The notes below the pieces were generated by a model. It ran no database searches. It saw nothing but the letters and a program-made list of their open reading frames with translations, and was not told where the DNA came from. A stretch of 64,000 nt of DNA from Felis catus. Its lineage: Eukaryota. The translations under genes were made by a program, and so were the position numbers. Shown piece by piece: positions 62,061 to 64,000 of the stretch. The stretch covers positions 41,418,001-41,482,000 of the forward strand of contig NC_058368.1 in the NCBI RefSeq assembly GCF_018350175.1, in the 5' to 3' direction. The first letter of the stretch is position 1. Each line of letters opens with the position of its first letter.

Positions 62061-63699
62061 AATAACTACTTAAAATAAAGGCCACAATTTTCTTTTATTC
62101 AGTATGGCCTCAGCAACTTACATAGTGGCTGGCAATGATCACAAATGCCTTCTTTCTTATCTATCCTGCATTTGTTTAATAAATATTTACAAAAAAGGGA
62201 AATTCTGCTAAATTACACTACAAAGAATATTGGTAGAGGTTGTTAGACAGTGATGTCTACAAAGCTCTGTTTATAATTAGTTATGATAGCGATCCCTCCA
62301 AATCTGTATGAACAGCTCAAATTGTGCACATCAGTTACAGAATTTCTCCCTGTATAGAAAACCTTTCCCCTTTCTAGCTTCACAAAAGTGCTCACCCTTT
62401 TTCTTGAAAGACAATCTCCAGCTGTATGCAAAGATTAAGCAAGCACTTGTTAAGGCTGGCTACCCAACACCAAATTTCTAAAAATAATTTAAAAAAATTC
62501 AAAAACACCGAAGTGCTTTGGGAAACAAAAAGAGAAGTTAGTGTCTCATAAACTATGCATGATCATTCATACAGAGAAAATAGGCAAAATTAATATGAAG
62601 AAGAAATCCAAAGCTTAAAATGTGTGCCAATGTATTACTTCTGTAAGTAAAGGCTAGTGGAGAGAAACTGCAGAGAAGACAGGAGGTGATGCAGTGGCAG
62701 CCAAAGCTGTCATTAGTTTGATTACGCCCACAGAGGTGGCCAGGAAAAATCTCCCCTGTCCATTGCTGACTTGTGTCAGGCAATAGCCATGGAGGCAGAC
62801 ACCTACAGGCAAAAGAACAGGGTTTAGGAATTTGAGCAGAAATGGGGTACTCACTCCCAGAAGATTTGGTCCTAACCTGCGGTGCCCCCTGCCTCTCCCA
62901 CCCCTCTGTCACTTTCCTGGAAAACAGATCAAGCAAAAGCTATAGTGCCTGCTGCCAAGTCTTTACCTGCAAGTAAGCTGTGTAAAGGATACTACAGGCA
63001 AGGCAGTCTAATAAATGGAAATCTCACCTAGGAAAATGAGAATACCCGATAGCCAGCACTGAGAAACAACTCAACCAACACAAGAACTAACACTTGAGGA
63101 ATCAAAATTAATAGAGCAAGCAGAAAAGATGATGATTTTCTCAAATTACAGTACTTAGAGGAATTAATGACGTTGGGTAATGTTCTAGTTATAGAAGAAA
63201 TACTCAGAATCAGGATTTGGAAATGTCAGCATATACAATCAATCAATTTCATGGTAATATATATATTTTAAGTATAAATATATGTATATATATACGTATA
63301 CATATATATGAAATTGGTTAGCAAGAATAAAATTTAAGTAGCCTCTTGTAATGACATATTAAAGAATGTGCCGTTTTTTCAGGAAAAAAAGTTTCTGTGG
63401 TTGAATCTGATCCAATTTTTCCAAATTATAGATGATGGCCAAGTCCAAGAGAGAGTTAGTGTTCAGAGTAAGAGCCCTCTCTGCAGGCCATGGTCACCAG
63501 GCATCAAAAAGGACCCCTCATGCTAGATGGGGTCACCTCTCTGCAAAATCAATACTTCCTTTGCACATCTGTCTACATCAACATTAGCAGAAGCCAAGTG
63601 GAAGCCTGTATCTCTTACTTATTCTAAGAGCCTTCCCCAACTCAGCATTCATACTCCCTTCATCACTGTCTGTGTCCCTTTTGTCTAAAGTAATCATGC

Positions 63700-64000
63700 C
63701 GCTCCTCCTTGTTTATGACCATCACACAAGTAGCTCAAGACCCTCAGATTTCCCTTCATCTCCCAAACCTTAATTCTACTATTTCTATACAACTGCCCCT
63801 CCGATCTCCTAAAACGCTCACTATATTCTCTGAAACTCGAAGCAAATCATCACCAAACTCCTTTCTTCTCTTCCTTCTCTTTTTCTTCTTGGAGTAACTG
63901 AAGTTTGGCTCCCTCTGATGCTGCTGTTTCTCCTCAAGTCTATCCAAGATAGAATTTACTACTCTCCCAAAGCTCTCACACGGCTAGGTTTCAGGTCAAG
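63700..64000 (+). mobile_element. L2/CR1-clade ORF2 endonuclease N-terminal remnant
   Basis: Frame from 63822 reads YIL*NSKQIITKLLSSLPSLFLLGVTEVWL, resembling the APE-domain start (WN.RS…K…LLALTETWL). Confidence 0.6.

Noticed and set aside
62553..62936. 127-aa Cys-rich minus-strand ORF
   Set aside because: TTG start, no recognisable motif spacing; the region resembles a decayed L1 5'/ORF1 start on the plus strand.

Overview
AT-rich mammalian genomic DNA from a felid (cat family), judged from about 28 tRNA-derived CanSINE/SINEC_Fc copies, several near-consensus with intact CpGs and perfect target-site duplications (TSDs). The window looks intronic or intergenic. I find no recognisable protein-coding gene, rRNA, tRNA gene, CpG island or CRISPR array. 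The longer ORFs in the track mostly come from SINEs, L1 remnants, LTRs or low-complexity sequence, and many use non-ATG starts. The content is a layered transposon fossil record: carnivore and older L1 fragments (one 5'-inverted), L2/MIR, MaLR LTRs, a decayed ERVL gag-pro-RT segment (about 58.2-59.9 kb), MER58B, Tigger2 and MER5A DNA transposons, and microsatellites. Three repeat-free, motif-dense blocks (about 8.6-9.3, 13.4-14.1 and 36.5-36.8 kb) are candidate conserved non-coding elements, and one holds a well-formed 42-nt candidate exon. I see no evidence of a novel biological system. Repeat subfamily names come from remembered consensus sequences and need Dfam/RepeatMasker confirmation; boundaries of old repeats are approximate.
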